From Syncephalis fuscata S228 (lineage: Eukaryota > Fungi > Zoopagomycota), in assembly GCA_025786725.1 (NCBI GenBank), contig JAHLTZ010000008.1:1-64000 (forward strand): 64,000 nucleotides of DNA, in the 5' to 3' direction. The stretch's first letter is position 1, and every line of letters begins with the position of its first letter. Positions 63,625 through 64,000 of this stretch are shown piece by piece. A program made the position numbers and the translations under genes. The notes under the pieces were generated by a model. The model saw only the letters and a list, made by a program, of their open reading frames with translations, was not told the DNA's origin and made no database searches.

Positions 63625-64000
63625 ACGAAAAGAGCGAGAGTAAGAGTGAGAGGTAGAAGAGTAAGTGAAAGAGAGCAAAACACCAATGTATATTGTATAA
63701 GTAGACTGTTCAAGGAACAAGTGTTAAAATGGCGTATCTCTTTCTTTACTATCAATGTCACAGTATTGTTTAAAGTAGTCGGTGTATTCAATATTCAATC
63801 TCCACGCCATTGATACTCCTCAACTATGCATACGTACGCACGTCCATGACATTAATAACAATACATCTATCCTATAATGTTTTGTCATACTATTCTATCT
63901 ATTCTATTCTATTCTATACATCTATCTATTTACTATTCTATTCTATATATCTATCTATTTACTATTTTTCATTAAATAACAATAATATTATTCAATATTG

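Noticed and set aside
1-64000. tRNA/rRNA genes
   Set aside because: No cloverleaf or rRNA-like conserved sequence recognised by eye; a tRNAscan-SE/Infernal run would be needed to exclude them.

Overview
Eukaryotic, AT-rich, intron-dense fungal genomic DNA with short GT-AG introns. Gene content and style suggest an early-diverging fungus, possibly Zoopagomycota; this is an inference. Conserved genes: UGGT (partial), BCKDH E1-beta, a Kin1/MARK-type kinase, HEI10, an alpha/beta hydrolase, RGP1, dynein light intermediate chain, GluRS, TIM54, RPB4, myosin light chain, a TPR+metallo-beta-lactamase protein, a secreted Shewanella-like phosphatase, and three intronless peroxisomal acyl-CoA oxidases under gene conversion. 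The main discovery is invisible to the ORF track. At 48246-50963 (minus strand) a ~80-bp tandem repeat is an array of 21 AG|NNN|GTAAGT cassettes, i.e. single-codon-length (3-nt) micro-exons, lying between a signal-peptide exon and a terminal exon. Spliced in phase 1 they encode a 4-Cys peptide (NDPCPCGRSDARNVCLPCGQE) whose CxC...CxxC pattern matches an intronless tandem paralog next door (53072-53335). A 5'-truncated LINE sits inside the array. The window also holds four decayed Fanzor/TnpB-type elements with a conserved 3' end (candidate omegaRNA/TIR). Many genes carry 1-2 nt deletions that look like long-read assembly errors.
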